Source: Sminthopsis crassicaudata (Eukaryota). From it: a stretch of DNA of 64,000 bases. Under the pieces are notes generated by a model. It did not search any database. It was not told the DNA's origin and saw only the letters and a list, made by a program, of their open reading frames with translations. Where the stretch lies: NCBI RefSeq assembly GCF_048593235.1, contig NC_133618.1, forward strand, positions 628,636,889 to 628,700,888, written 5' to 3'. A program made the position numbers and the translations under genes. Of this stretch, positions 37,423 through 49,983 are shown piece by piece (position 1 is the first letter of the stretch; the number at the start of each line of letters is the position of its first letter).

Positions 37423-37639
37423 TGGGGGTTCTTAACCCCAAATCTGTTAACTTGAAATTTTTATAGAAAGAGAGATAGAAAGAGAAAAAGAGTGAGCTAA
37501 ATTGATGAGAATTAAATATATCAATCTAATTTGTTTCCTGTGTAATCCTATGTGTTTTTAATTTTATGCATTTAAGAACATTATTCTGAGACAAGGTCCA
37601 TGGGGCCAGTGACAAAGATAAAGGAATAAAGGACCCCTG
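37423..37639 (+). mobile_element. hAT-Charlie-type MITE inserted in a MIR-like tail
   Basis: GGGGGTTCTTAACC start, AATCCTATGTG...ATGCATTTAAGAACATTATTCTGAG body, AAGGACCCCTG end. Degenerate TSD GGACTAGA / GGCTAAA. Confidence 0.7.
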
Positions 37640-38489
37640 GGCTAAATGATATCTCTACAATTCTCTTCAGCTCTGTATTTGTTATTCTAAAATCCTTTTC
37701 AATCCTTTTTTTGCCGTGTATCCTATGATCCCATCCATCTCCAACATCATTGAAGGTCCCTACTAGTTCTAACCTTTCAGCTTCCTTTGACCTTTCCATT
37801 CTCTGAGTACAGATAATACCTATCATCAGAACCCCCATCATCTGGGACTTAATCATACGCTGTCTGGTGTTATTCTAATTGCTTCATATGGACAACCTTG
37901 ACTTGCCAAATAGACTATTTTTCAATGGCAAAGGATGATAAAAACTCTCATTTTTTGGCACTTTCAGCTTTGGTAACTCCTCTCCTCACAATAACCCTGT
38001 ACAACAGGGGAGACAGGTATTATTTTCTCTGTTTTTATAGATGAGAAAACTGAGCTCCAGAACTCAGTGAGGCAGCTTGTCCTGGATAATTCCACTACTA
38101 AATGACAGAACCAGATTTTACTACCACAGCCCTGCCTGACATGACGTTTTCCCCCAAAGTAAACAGCAGAGTGAGTAAATAGGGTGTGTTTAATATATAT
38201 ATATATATATATATATTTAATTTATAATATTATTTATATATATATTATAATTAATATATATTTCTTGACTTTCTTCCTCCTCTCAGGATCCGGAATATGG
38301 AAGGAATTGTACAGACCATATAACAACAACAGTAACAACAGTAAAGTAAATTAATAATAACAGCTCTGAGGTAAGCCCACATTACAGTTGGGAAACACAG
38401 AAATTAAAATGAAATGATTTATCCTGAATTACACAGCTAGTTAGTATCCAAAATAGGAATCAAACTTAGATCTTCCTTACGTTACTCAT

Positions 38490-38815
38490 TTCTAAGTAAA
38501 AATCCTCTCTACATCATGCTAACATGTAACCTTTACTTGAACATTTCCAATAAAAGGGAACTCATTATCCACTGAGAAGTCCATTCAATTTTTGGATAAT
38601 TAAAGCCATTAGGAAGCCATCTTTTCAGAACACCAAGCCAAGTTTTGTCCTTTGGATCCAACCAGAGCAAGCCTTACCCCTCCCCCATAAGACAGCTTTT
38701 CAAATATTTGAAGACATTTATCATGCTCCAACCCACTTTCTTAGCTGGCTTTTCTCCACACTAAACATTCCCAGTTCCTTTAATTGATCACCACTTTGCC
38801 ATGATCTTGAAGACT
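38490..38815 (-). mobile_element. L3/CR1 fragment
   Basis: GACAGCTTTTCAAATATTTGAAGACA...TTCTCCACACTAAACATTCCCAGTTCCTT matches reverse L3. Confidence 0.75.
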
Positions 38816-39155
38816 CCAAGGGAGAGAGTGGTGGTGGTGACTGGTGACTTTACATAGCCCTCCCTCATTTAAACCCACTTCACTTGAAGCTCATGATGTC
38901 ATAGTCCTATTCAAGAACTACGGATAAACATCATTCTGTGAGTGGTAGGAGCTACCTCACTAGGTCCCCAACCGGCCAGCTCCAGTTGGGCAACAATGAT
39001 ATTTCCTTCCTTACTTTTTTCCTCTTTCCTTTCCTCCTTCTTTCTTTCTTTTTTCTTCTTCCTTTCTTCCTTCCTCCTCTCCTTGTTTCTCTCCCTTCCT
39101 TAGCTCCCTCTGTTCACACAGGAAACTCATACTGAAGATGTTCTGCCTAAAGTAA

Positions 39156-39476
39156 TGCAGATTTTAATAGCTGAAACCTTGCCAGGTATCTTGGGGCTTA
39201 CAGCCTAGATTTCTTTTTTAAGAACAGTACCTTAAATCCAACTCACTTGGATTCCCTTTGATTGACCAACAATAGATTCCAGTCCAAGCTCCATTTTGGT
39301 CACTGTATCATCCTCTACCCTGAAGGTGCAAATTTTAACAGCTGAAAACTTGCCAAGTATCTTGAAGTTTAAAACCCAGATTTCTTTTCTGAGGACAGTG
39401 CCTTAAATCCAACTCACTCTGGTTCCTCTTGACTAGACAACAATAGATCCCAGTCCAAGTTTCATTTGGTCACTGT
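39156..39476 (+). repeat. Old tandem duplication, period ~171 bp (2 copies)
   Basis: 39156-39306 aligns with 39327-39476 (TGCA.ATTTTAA.AGCTGAAA...CCTTAAATCCAACTCAC...AACAATAGAT.CCAGTCCAAG...TTTGGTCACTGT). Confidence 0.9.
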
Positions 39477-41321
39477 TTGGGCTCTGATAGCTCGGAGTGA
39501 GCCTGCTTTCTCACTCCTGCTTTCTCTTCTTCCCTCTCTCATTTCCTGACCATTTTCTTTTCTCTCCACTTAATCCTTTCTCCTCCTGTGTCTTCTTTAC
39601 ATTCCACCCCAGGAATGGACCTCTCCACTTCCTACAAACTCTCTCTGCATATGATGGGGTAAGGGCACCTGAAGGACTGATGCCCTTTGCTTAGATTTCC
39701 ACCCTTCCCATCCACATCTCCCCAAAAGTCTAGGAACCATGGGAACAAAGGACTCTGGCTCTGGCTGGGGAATAAACCAACCTGAGCGAATGAATTTCCA
39801 AGCATTCTAGACACCATTTAATGCCAACTCCCTGATTAATACAGAGCAGATTCCCTCAAACTGGCTGCTGCAAGGAAATGAGAAAGCACACAAGAGCTGG
39901 GCGAAGTGGCTCTGGGGAGCAGCGACAGGAGCTCCCAGGAAGCCAAGCCCCAGCTCTTTTATCAAGGCTGACAGCTGCTCCTGGTCTGTACCTCCCTAGA
40001 GGGCCTTCCGGGCGGCAAGTGATCCTGAGCCAGCTTGGACTGACAGTAATCCAGGCTGGTTCTCCCTGCATGGGATGGGCCCAAAGGAGCCTTTGCCACA
40101 GTCGGAATGGAGTCTGAAGATGTGAATCTGAGTTCTGTTTGATCTTGGACAAGTCACTGAGCTGTGCAGAGACTTCATGTGTAAAATGAAGGGCCTACAC
40201 CCAGTGATTTCTACACATTCCCGAATTAAAATTCCCAAGTTCTATGAAGGACTGAGACTGCCAGGTTTACGTGGTCAACCCCAGGAGATTAGCTATATAC
40301 AGGAGCCAAGAAAGAAAGGGAAAAACTATCTGTTAGAGGAGTGGGACAGTGGACTCCGAGTCAGAGAATCATGGCTCTGGGCCATGGTTGAAGGTCACCT
40401 GAAGAAGCACTGGATTTGGAGACAGAAGACACAAATTCGAATATCACCTACCGGACCATTGGCCCCTTCTCTGGATCTCACCTTTTCATCTGGAGAGTGA
40501 AAGGACCAGCTCAGCAATGACCCATTCAATTAGGAGATATAAGGGACCCACCATGTACAGACCCAACTCTCAGAGATGGTACCTGGGGAGACTACAGACT
40601 ATGGACCCGACCCTGGAAGTCCTTTTAGAATGAAGGACTCGCGAATCTAAGCCAGTCACTTATTGGAGAGGAGGAATTTAGTCCATCAACTGAGGCAGCT
40701 AGGTGTGTCACTGATGGAATGCTACACCTGAGACAGGAAAGCTCTACTTCTGTCCTGGACACTTATTATCTGTGTGATCCAAGACAAGCCACTTAACATC
40801 CTCATCTATAAATGGAGGAGCCTGGACTCACTGGCCACTAAGGTCCCTTCCAGCTTCCTACCTACAATCTATAAGTGGCTACAATAGGTCCTGGCTAAAG
40901 GAAAGTTTCTCCCTGATTGGCTCATTATTGGATCACATGGAGGGTACACACTGGTGTATACGTAGATTGGAGGATGTGGCTCTCAACAATCCAATGACCT
41001 CTGCCTCAAGGAGGAGACATCAGCCTGAGTGGCCACGGAGCTTCCAGACTGCCCTCACAGGGCAAGCTTAGGGATTTTATGACCTGTCAAAGGTACCTCA
41101 GACATGGGAAGGAGGGAGGAAAGAGGTTTGCCAAAAGACCCTGAGGTCCAGCTGAGAGCATCCCTCTCTCATCCACATCCCTTCTCCTTCTGAAAGCACT
41201 GCTTTTCAGTCAGAGCCATTTGGACAAAAAAGTCTCCAAGATGCTTCTTAGCTCTAAATACCATGAATGGCTCCATTCAATTCAGTTCCTTACAACAGCA
41301 GGTACTAAGTGCTTACTGGGT

Positions 41322-41563
41322 ACTTAAGGCAGCTAGTTAGCACAACTATAGGGCTCTGAACCAGAAGGAAGGACCTGAGTTCAAATTCAGCCTTCCACAC
41401 TTACTAGCTGTGTGAACCTGAATAAGTTACTTACTTTCTACCTGCCTCAGTTTACTCATTTATAAAAGTACCTACCCTTCCCCAGGACTACTGTGGAGGA
41501 TAAAGATAAAATTCATAAAGCACTTAGCATAGTGTCTAGTACATAATAAATGCTATATAAATG
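41322..41563 (+). mobile_element. MIR whose tail runs into a trinucleotide expansion
   Basis: GGCAGCTAG head, CCTGAGTTCAAAT B-box, CTGCCTCAGTTT core, AAAGCACTTAGCATAGTG...TAAATGCT tail. Confidence 0.8.
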
Positions 41564-41723
41564 TCAGTTACTACTACTACTCCTCCTCTTACTGCTCCTA
41601 TTCTTACTCCTTTTCCTCCTCTTCCTACTACTACTATTATTACTACTAATAATAATTACTATTCCTACTAGTACTATTACTACTCCTGCTATTACTAGTT
41701 TTACTTACTACTACTACTACTAT

Positions 41724-41767
<44 letters not shown>

Positions 41768-42177
41768 TTACTATTATTCCTACTTCTACTACTCCTACTA
41801 CTGCTTCCACTCCTACTATTACTACTACTACTATTACTCTTACTACTACTAATATTATTACTACTACACTACCACTGCCACTACTACTACCACTACTATT
41901 ATTATTACTATTATTCCTACTACTCCTACTTCTACTATTACTCTTACTACTACTACTACTACTACTACTACTGCTATTATTACTATTACTACTACTATTA
42001 ATCTTACTCCTACTATTACTACTACTACTACAATTACTCCTACTCCTACTATTACTCCTACTCCTACTACTCCTACTATTATTTCTACTACTACAACTAC
42101 TACTACTACCATTACTACTCCTAGTCCTACTACACTATTACTATTACTACTACTACTACTACAACTACAACTATCAC
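41564..42177. repeat. Compound degenerate (TAC/TAT/TCC)n microsatellite, ~610 bp
   Basis: Read directly; explains the poly-Leu/Tyr and poly-Val ORFs. Confidence 0.97.
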
Positions 42178-42904
42178 TGTGTGCCAAGAGGCTCTTTAAG
42201 ATTATAAGCTACAGAGAAAATGTCAATGTGCATCAGGAGAGAAAATAATTCACTGAAAAATTCCTAACTCAATGAACTCAAAGGGACGGCTCTGCTCTAT
42301 GTGCATATACATAAACAGATATATATGCCCACATATCACACGCGCATATATTTACTCACACATGTACTATATCTGTATGTGTGTGTTTATGTGTACAAAT
42401 GCATATGTGCATCCACACACTCCAGGTGCCAGGGGCTGGGGATCCAAACATTTCTCTACCTGTCAAGTGAGTTAGCGTTCCCTTTCTTTGCCTGCTCAGT
42501 GATTTCTGAGAGGATTCTTGTAAGGAGTGAGCATGTAATTCTCCTCCCCAAGAAACTTCAGTAGCTCCCTATAACCTTTAAGCTAAAATGCCAACTTGCT
42601 TTAGAGATTCAAGGCTCCTTTCAGGCTTATTCACTTTCCTTCTTTTTATACAATTGATATTTTGGCCAAAGGGAACTAGTACATGATGTGTCATCCCTAT
42701 TTTCTCACCGATTGCCCCTTCTGGAGTTCTGCATCTGAGCTCCTGCCCAAGCCCCACTTGGTACACAAGGTCTGTGCTCATCCTCCCCCAGCCCCCATCA
42801 CATTTGTGTGTCTGCATTATATGTGTTGTGTGTGTTACATTGCATATACATGCATGTGAGCCTATTGCCTACATGTGTTAGTGTATGTGTGTGGGCACGT
42901 GGGT

Positions 42905-43059
42905 AAATGCGTTATCTAAGTAGTAAATACTCACTAATAAGAATCACAACCTGAGAGTTGGAAGGACCAAGTCCATCAAGCCCAACCTCCTTCATTTTTA
43001 CAAATTGAGAAACTGAGGCTGAGAAAGATTAAATAACTCATACAATGACTAAGTATATG
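42905..43059 (+). repeat. Recent local duplicate of 44531-44685
   Basis: 155 bp with 4 mismatches by eye; truncated MIR-containing copy. Confidence 0.93.
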
Positions 43060-43788
43060 TAAAGTGCACACCTGTGTGTGCTGTATTTACTTATTTTCAT
43101 GCTGTTCTCCCCCAGCAGAATAGAAGTTCCTTAAGGACAGGAACTCTGTCTTTCCTCCATATCCTCAGTCTAGCATAGTGCCTGGTGCATAATAGTGTCT
43201 GGTTAATGCTTGTGGAATGAGAGGAGCATCAAACAGATGTAAAATGTCTCTGGAATTATGGTCATTGTCTTAAGGAAGGATTCCTCCCCTTAAGAAAGGG
43301 TGAACATTGACCTAATTTGACAGTCAAACTTGCTGAGAAGTTGGAAGAATGGGGAGGGATGGGGGGGCTCTTAACCCCCACCTCCCCCAGGATATCTGCA
43401 GAATGGGCTGCTCATCATGGGGCTGGGGCCGAGAGGAAGAGGAATCCTCTGCTGATTGAGGCTGGGGCTTGATGGGCTCCGTGTGGGGAGAGCTCAGCAG
43501 GGAGGAAGTCCGCAGGAGGCCAGGGAATGGCTGGAACAAGGCCTGGGAAAGGGCCTCTTGGCTGTCATTAGCAAGACGCCCTCCTGGGAGCCTGCCGAGA
43601 CCAATCAGTCAATGACTCACTCTTAGCCCCCAGCCCCTGACAGAAATCAGCTTCTTGGGAACTGCCAAGTGCCTGAAGTAGCATCCCGGCAGGACCAGAA
43701 GGCAAACGAAACCCAGCCTCCGACACTGTTTGTGTCTGACCCAGTACCCAGTAACTCCCCTAGCTTCTCCTGCTTCCACAGCCCTTGG

Positions 43789-43790
<2 letters not shown>

Positions 43791-43832
<42 letters not shown>

Positions 43833-43873
43833 GCACATACATGCACACACACACGCACACGCACACACACACA
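43791..43873. repeat. (AC)20 plus degenerate AC extension
   Basis: Read directly from sequence. Confidence 0.97.
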
Positions 43874-44076
43874 TGCTCACTTCTCTGTCTGAGGACAGGT
43901 ACCATTTTGGTTTTGCGATGGAGCCTTAGTGTGTAGCACATTATCAATGCTTAATAAGTGGCTGTTGGATCCAATTGACAATTGTTAAAAGTCTGCTTCT
44001 CTCTCCCAGTTCAGGGGCTGCGTGACCACAGACTGGCCCCTAATCTCTTTGAGTCTTCATTTGTAAAATAGAAATA

Positions 44077-44349
44077 NNNNNNNNNNNNNNNNNNNNNNNN
44101 NNNNNNNNNNNNNNNNNNNNNNNNNNNNNNNNNNNNNNNNNNNNNNNNNNNNNNNNNNNNNNNNNNNNNNNNNNNNNNNNNNNNNNNNNNNNNNNNNNNN
44201 NNNNNNNNNNNNNNNNNNNNNNNNNNNNNNNNNNNNNNNNNNNNNNNNNNNNNNNNNNNNNNNNNNNNNNNNNNNNNNNNNNNNNNNNNNNNNNNNNNNN
44301 NNNNNNNNNNNNNNNNNNNNNNNNNNNNNNNNNNNNNNNNNNNNNNNNN
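44077..44349. other. Assembly gap
   Basis: N run, followed by an (AAGA)n-like repeat. Confidence 0.99.
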
Positions 44350-44530
44350 GAAAGCAAAGAAAGAAGAAGAGAAGAACAAAGAAGAAAGAAAAGAAAGAAG
44401 AGAAGAAGAAGAAGAAATAGTCCCTGCCTTCCAGAATCTCCAATTCTAATGTCTTCTAGACCTGCCCAGGATGTTGTGAGAGGAAAAATATAAAATTTGA
44501 ACACCTTTGGAAAATTGTAATGCCCTCCCC

Positions 44531-44685
44531 AAATGCGTTATCTAAGTAATAAATACTCACTAATAAGAATCACAACCTGAGAGCTGCAAGGACCAAGTCC
44601 ATCAAGCCCAACCTCCTTCATTTTTACAAATTGAGAAACTGAGGCTGAGAAAGATTAAATAACTCACACAATGACTAAGTATATG
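44531..44685 (+). repeat. Probable donor of the 42905-43059 duplicate (part of a longer reverse MIR)
   Basis: The MIR continues past the shared block here (GATAGAATTTGAACTTAGG...CCAGCACTCT) but not in the other copy. Confidence 0.88.
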
Positions 44686-44796
44686 AGATAGAATTTGAAC
44701 TTAGGTATTCTGGAGTCCAGGCCCAGCACTCTCTTCACTGAACTACCAAAAAAATGTTTCTATTTAATCAAAGAGTAGCACCATAATCTGGTACAA

Positions 44797-44989
44797 CAGG
44801 GCTTCTTAACCTAAAGGGGAGAGGGTCTATGAATTTATAAAAATATAAACATGTTAAAAATAATTCAAATTAATGGGTTTCCTTTTGTAATTCTATATAT
44901 TTTAATGCATTTGCAAATATTATCCTGAGGATAGACTTCACTAGACATAGTTAAAGGGGCCTTGGCACAAAATGGGTTAAGAATACCTG
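44797..44989 (+). mobile_element. hAT-Charlie-type MITE with terminal inverted repeats
   Basis: Starts CAGGGCTTCTTAACC and ends GGTTAAGAATACCTG (15-bp TIR, 2 mismatches). Body resembles 37423-37639. Confidence 0.85.
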
Positions 44990-45104
44990 GTAGTGGGGAA
45001 AAAAATCTAAACTGAGATTCTGGGTGCAAATGGAATGGAGTAAAAGAATTTCTCTCCATTTTAGGAGGAGCTTCTTAATAAAGCGATGGCATGATTAATA
45101 ATAT

Positions 45105-45260
45105 TTTTGTGCTTGTTCTGTAATTATGTGACTCTTTGTGATGCCATTTGGGATTTTCTTGGCAAAGATACTGGAGTAGTTTGCCATTTCCTTCTCCAGA
45201 TCATTTTACAGATGAGTAAACTGAGGCAAACAGGGTGAAGTGATTTGGCCAGGATCAAAA
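45105..45260 (-). mobile_element. Mar1-type SINE (partial)
   Basis: TTTCTTGGCAAAGATACTGGAGTAGTTTGCCATTTCCTTCTCCAG...ACAGATGAGTAAACTGAGGC. Confidence 0.8.
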
Positions 45261-47928
45261 AACAATGTCTAACTTGTATCAGATTTCCTGCTGTCTTGGT
45301 GATGATGGAGGAGATAAAGGAAGAAGAGAAAAAAATTTGAACTCAAAATCATAAAAACGAATGTTGAAAATATGTTTACTTGTAAGTAGGAACATAAAAT
45401 GTTATTAGAAAAAAAATTAATGTACTCTCATGCCAGATGGTGAGTTCACCACCACTGGGGGGCTTCTGTTATATTCTAGATGATGCCTTTTTACACAATA
45501 TGGTAGAAGGGATTCTTCCTCAGGCACAGGTTGGTCTCAGTTGGACACCAAAAATATTTCCAACTCTGCAAATCTGAAACTTTCATTCTATTCCCAGTTT
45601 TGAGCTCATACTGGTCATGGCACTTTAAAACTCTTTACCTCAATTATCTCACCTGTAAATGGGGGTCAATAACTCCCTCTCAGACTACTTCATAGGGTTG
45701 TTGTAAGGACCAAACAACCAGAGAGGGAAAATCCCTTAGGCTTGAGAAATCTAAGGAGTCATTCCATTATTAATGAATGAACAAATGCAATGTGACTCAG
45801 TGGGCAAGGGAGTGAAATCCCTTCCTGCTTCATGGTTGTGGTTCTCCCTGGAGCTGAGAAAGAGGAAAGGAGACATTAAATGAGGGGCTTTCTCTAGACC
45901 AGCGCCTTTTCCATCTTCTTGGTATTCTTGCCTGGTACAAAACTTGTTCACACCTTTATAAAGAACAGTCAGACATGCTGTAATAGTTATCTTCTAGCAG
46001 AAAGGAAAAGTACCTAAGATTAATTGGGCATCCCCAGGCACTGCAACAGAGGAACATATTATGAAACAAATATGTAATGGTGAAAAATGGAAAGTAATTA
46101 ACCTTTTGGGCTTGTCTGTCGTGGAATTTTTTTTTCCTGGGCCCTCAGAGTTATTTCTGAGCTTCTTGAAGAGCCTGAACTCTTGGGTTGTCTTTGAAAG
46201 GGAAGATTTGGCTTGTGTCCCTCCCTCATCCAGGCCTGGACCTGTTGGCTGCCAAGACACGAAGGCCAAAGGGAAGCCAACTAGTTCCCACATTTCAGTC
46301 ATCTTCAGAATCTAAATTCTTTCACACTCACTCTCTCCCAGTGATTCATAATGCATGGACTGGGCCCTTGGCCTGGCTCTGTCCTAGGCACTTTAAAGGA
46401 AACAAAAAAAAATCCTGTTCTGGAGAGCCTCTCATTCTAACTTGAGAAGGGATAAACAAGAAACAGAAAACAGAATGCTCAAGTCTGTATTTAAAGGAAA
46501 GAAAAATGGCCCTAGATGGAAGGAGCTTGGAAGGGTGGGATTTGAGTTAGAACTTGACAAATCCATGAAAAAATAATAGAATAACAAACAATCCAGGAAG
46601 CAGGGAATGTTGTATATAAAAGCAAGGAACTGAAAGATGAGTCTAAACACAGGGAACCTATCTAGGTATAATGGAGAGAGAAAAGATGTCAAGAGGAGAA
46701 TTGAGATCAATAAAATCAACAGGGAAGGGACTGACCAAAGAAAGGAAAATATACTGGAGAAGTTAGGGCCTTATGGATTTTTAGCTGGCTGGAAAATAGA
46801 GTCCCTAATAACCTTTCAAAGTCGGTAATCCAAGTATTATTGTTCCCATTTTATAGATGAGGATATTAAAGCAGCCCAGAAAAGCCACTGGTCAAATGGA
46901 CAGCTCATGTCAGAGATGGGCTTCAAACTGGATTTCCTGACTCTAAACCCACTGCCCTCTATGACTTAGTACCTAGCCATTGTTCTGTGTTTTTAAAGAT
47001 GATATAAGGCAATTGAGATTATGGCTCATTAGGAACCAACATTCTGTCTCTGGAAGCCTGCAGGGACAGGCCTGTCTAGAGTGTTTGATTTAGGAAGATT
47101 GAACCAAAGAATTAGAGCCGAAAAGAACTTTAGGGACCACCTTTAGGTCTCTCCCAAGTTTATTTTACAGCCTAGGAAACTGAGGCTCAGAGAAATAAAT
47201 GCCTTGGTCAAGAGCTAGAGTTCATCCTTCCAGCTGTATGATGGTAAACACATCAACTGCCTTTTCCCTGAGGAGCTTTAAAAGACCAAGTAACAACAAA
47301 AGTTGCTAATTATTTATCATATCGTTATACTGAGGACTCTGAAGGGGAAGAATTCAACCTGGGCCTAAGGGATCTGTAATAAACGAAAAAAGGAGCATTC
47401 CAGGAGGTGGAGAATGTCATGAGCAAAAGCAAGGACTCAGGGATGAGCCTGAGGTCTTGAACATAGCTAGCACTCAGTAACTGTCTGCCAGGGAGCTATT
47501 TGAACATGCTGCGGTAAATGAAGGAAAATAAAAAATAATGAAAATGAAGAGGCAGAAATATCAGAATTTTATGAAGCTAGCAGAACAACAACACTATTCA
47601 CAGTGACTATAATAACATCAATGAAAACAACACTCAAAAGTATGAGAACTCTGATGGATCCCTTAGATTATAAGCTGCTTGAAAGTAGGTATTGGTTATT
47701 GACTAATGAATAGTAATGACCCAAAAAGTGATGATGAAACACACTTCCCTTTTCTCAGGAACTACAGACAAAGATTTCTGAATATGTTATTGGAAAAGGT
47801 GGTTATATCTGTTGGTTTTGCTTAAATGTCTTTCCTTATGCCAAGGGATGGCTCAATATGGGGGAGGAGGAATATTAAAAGGAAGTTTAAGTATGCTGTA
47901 AATAAGAAGGGAATGGAAGTAAAGGAAA

Positions 47929-48172
47929 NNNNNNNNNNNNNNNNNNNNNNNNNNNNNNNNNNNNNNNNNNNNNNNNNNNNNNNNNNNNNNNNNNNNNNNN
48001 NNNNNNNNNNNNNNNNNNNNNNNNNNNNNNNNNNNNNNNNNNNNNNNNNNNNNNNNNNNNNNNNNNNNNNNNNNNNNNNNNNNNNNNNNNNNNNNNNNNN
48101 NNNNNNNNNNNNNNNNNNNNNNNNNNNNNNNNNNNNNNNNNNNNNNNNNNNNNNNNNNNNNNNNNNNNNNNN
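47929..48172. other. Assembly gap
   Basis: N run preceded by GGAA-type low complexity. Confidence 0.99.
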
Positions 48173-49749
48173 CTGACATTCAAGGCCTCCTCTAAAACAT
48201 AACTCAAATATACTTTTTCAAGCACATCTCCCATTACTCTCATTCAGGTTCTACTTGGTTCCAACCATTCTAGTTTACTCATTAGCCAAAATGTGTATTA
48301 TGCCCACCTGGTACCAGACACAGTAATATGTTATATTTTGAGAACAAGGACCTTCTCCTGGGATCTATTCTTCATATCCCACAATTCCAATTGAAAGTTC
48401 CATACAGTTACTTAATTAGTTGAATTTAATTGACTGTACTCCTTGACCATGTGCACCAGCCTTTTCACTCTAATTAACTTTTGCCTCCTGAAGGGGAAGG
48501 AATAGACCTCTTCCTCCTTCATCAGAGCACCCAGCACAGGACTAGGCACACCTAACTATGAGCTCATGTTGACTATGGAAACATCTCCATCCCCACTAGC
48601 CTGTCTTGCAGAGTGCATTTTTAAACTGAAGAGGAAAACCTTGGAGAAAAGCAGTAGCTGCCATAATTAAGGTTTATTCCTGATCCTTGGAAATGGAATG
48701 ATTACTGACTGGACTCCCTACTGAATAAAATTGCCTCAGATCTCCAGGAAGACAAATTCTCCTGACAAGCTAATAGAGGGCCTGATTAAGTGTGAATAGC
48801 AGCAATCTGGGGCCCTCTTTGGGCTTGGGTTCTTGGGAATAGACAGGTTCTATCCCTGCCCTGTTCCCCCTCCTACCTCCTCATGATTGAGAGCTCCTCA
48901 TGAGGGGTCATAGAGAGCAGAAAACGAACCCTGGAGTTGGGAAGTCAACATGAAAACTGAAGATCTTGCTTCGGTTGGCATCTTCCCAGGAGAGGAAATC
49001 CTCCTTCCTGTCCTCTTCCAAGCTGGCCTGGATCTGGTCCTGACCTTCTAAAGTCTCCACTTTACCCCTGAGGGTCCCATGGTAACAAAGAACAGAGAAC
49101 AGAGGGTTCCTTGCGAAAATTTCTCAGATGTTAGTGACCCACCTGTGCCCAAATGCCAATGGACCCGCACAGATTTCAAATACAAAGAGAGGATAGACTG
49201 ACCAAGGACACCATCCTACAAAGCCCACTGCTTATCACTGCTGGACAGGCTCTCCAGGCATCTTCAGTGCTGGGAAAACCATATGAAGTACCTGCTGATA
49301 ATTCTCGCCTTAATTATGGAGCTGTTTTCTCTCCCCAACAGCATCTCTTCTGGAGCTTTGCCCAGAGGAAGCCCATTTAATACTTACTGTATGAAATGAA
49401 AGAATGAATATTATTTATGATTTTTTTCTATGTGTAAATGCCATTTCCCCACAGTGAAATGTAAACTCCTAGAGGGTAAGGACCCAATTATATTTCTGTC
49501 TTTGTGTCTCCAGTGCTGACACAGAGTACTGCTTAGTTAATTTTTATAACAAAATAGAATGCCCATCATATAGGTCCTTTCATGATCATAATGAGTGGCA
49601 CACAGTAGGTATATAATAAATGCTTGTTGACTTTAAGAAACAGCATAATAAATAGATCACCAAGAACCCAGGAGTCAGAATTCTACTTCTGATGCTTGCT
49701 AGCTTTCTGACCATGACAATGCTAATCAACCTTGTGAAAACGCCATTTT

Positions 49750-49888
49750 TTTCCCTGAGGCAATTGGGGTTAAGTGACTTATCCAAGGTCACACAGCTAG
49801 GAAATGTTGTGTCTAAGGCCAGATTTGAACTCAGGTCCTCCTGACTTCAGGGCTGGTGCTCTATCCACTGTACCACCTAGCTGCCTCC
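49750..49888 (-). mobile_element. WSINE1-type young SINE
   Basis: GAGGCAATTGGGGTTAAGTGACTT...GATTTGAACTCAGGTCCTCCTGACTTCAGGGCTGGTGCTCTATCCACTGTACCACCTAGCTGCC. Flanks A(C/T)GCCATTTT (TSD-like). Confidence 0.9.
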
Positions 49889-49940
49889 TAGATGCCATTT
49901 TATTTTTCTGCAAGATGGTGGTAGTTTGGAATTTGTTGAT

Positions 49941-49941
<1 letters not shown>

Positions 49942-49983
<42 letters not shown>
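49942..49983. repeat. (GAT)14 microsatellite
   Basis: Read directly from sequence. Confidence 0.98.

Noticed and set aside
41550-42187. Poly-Leu/Tyr and poly-Val ORFs
   Set aside because: Direct translations of the TAC-type microsatellite.
49820-49888. tRNA gene (A/B-box-like motifs, also in many MIR heads)
   Set aside because: tRNA-derived SINE heads without a cloverleaf or Pol III terminator.
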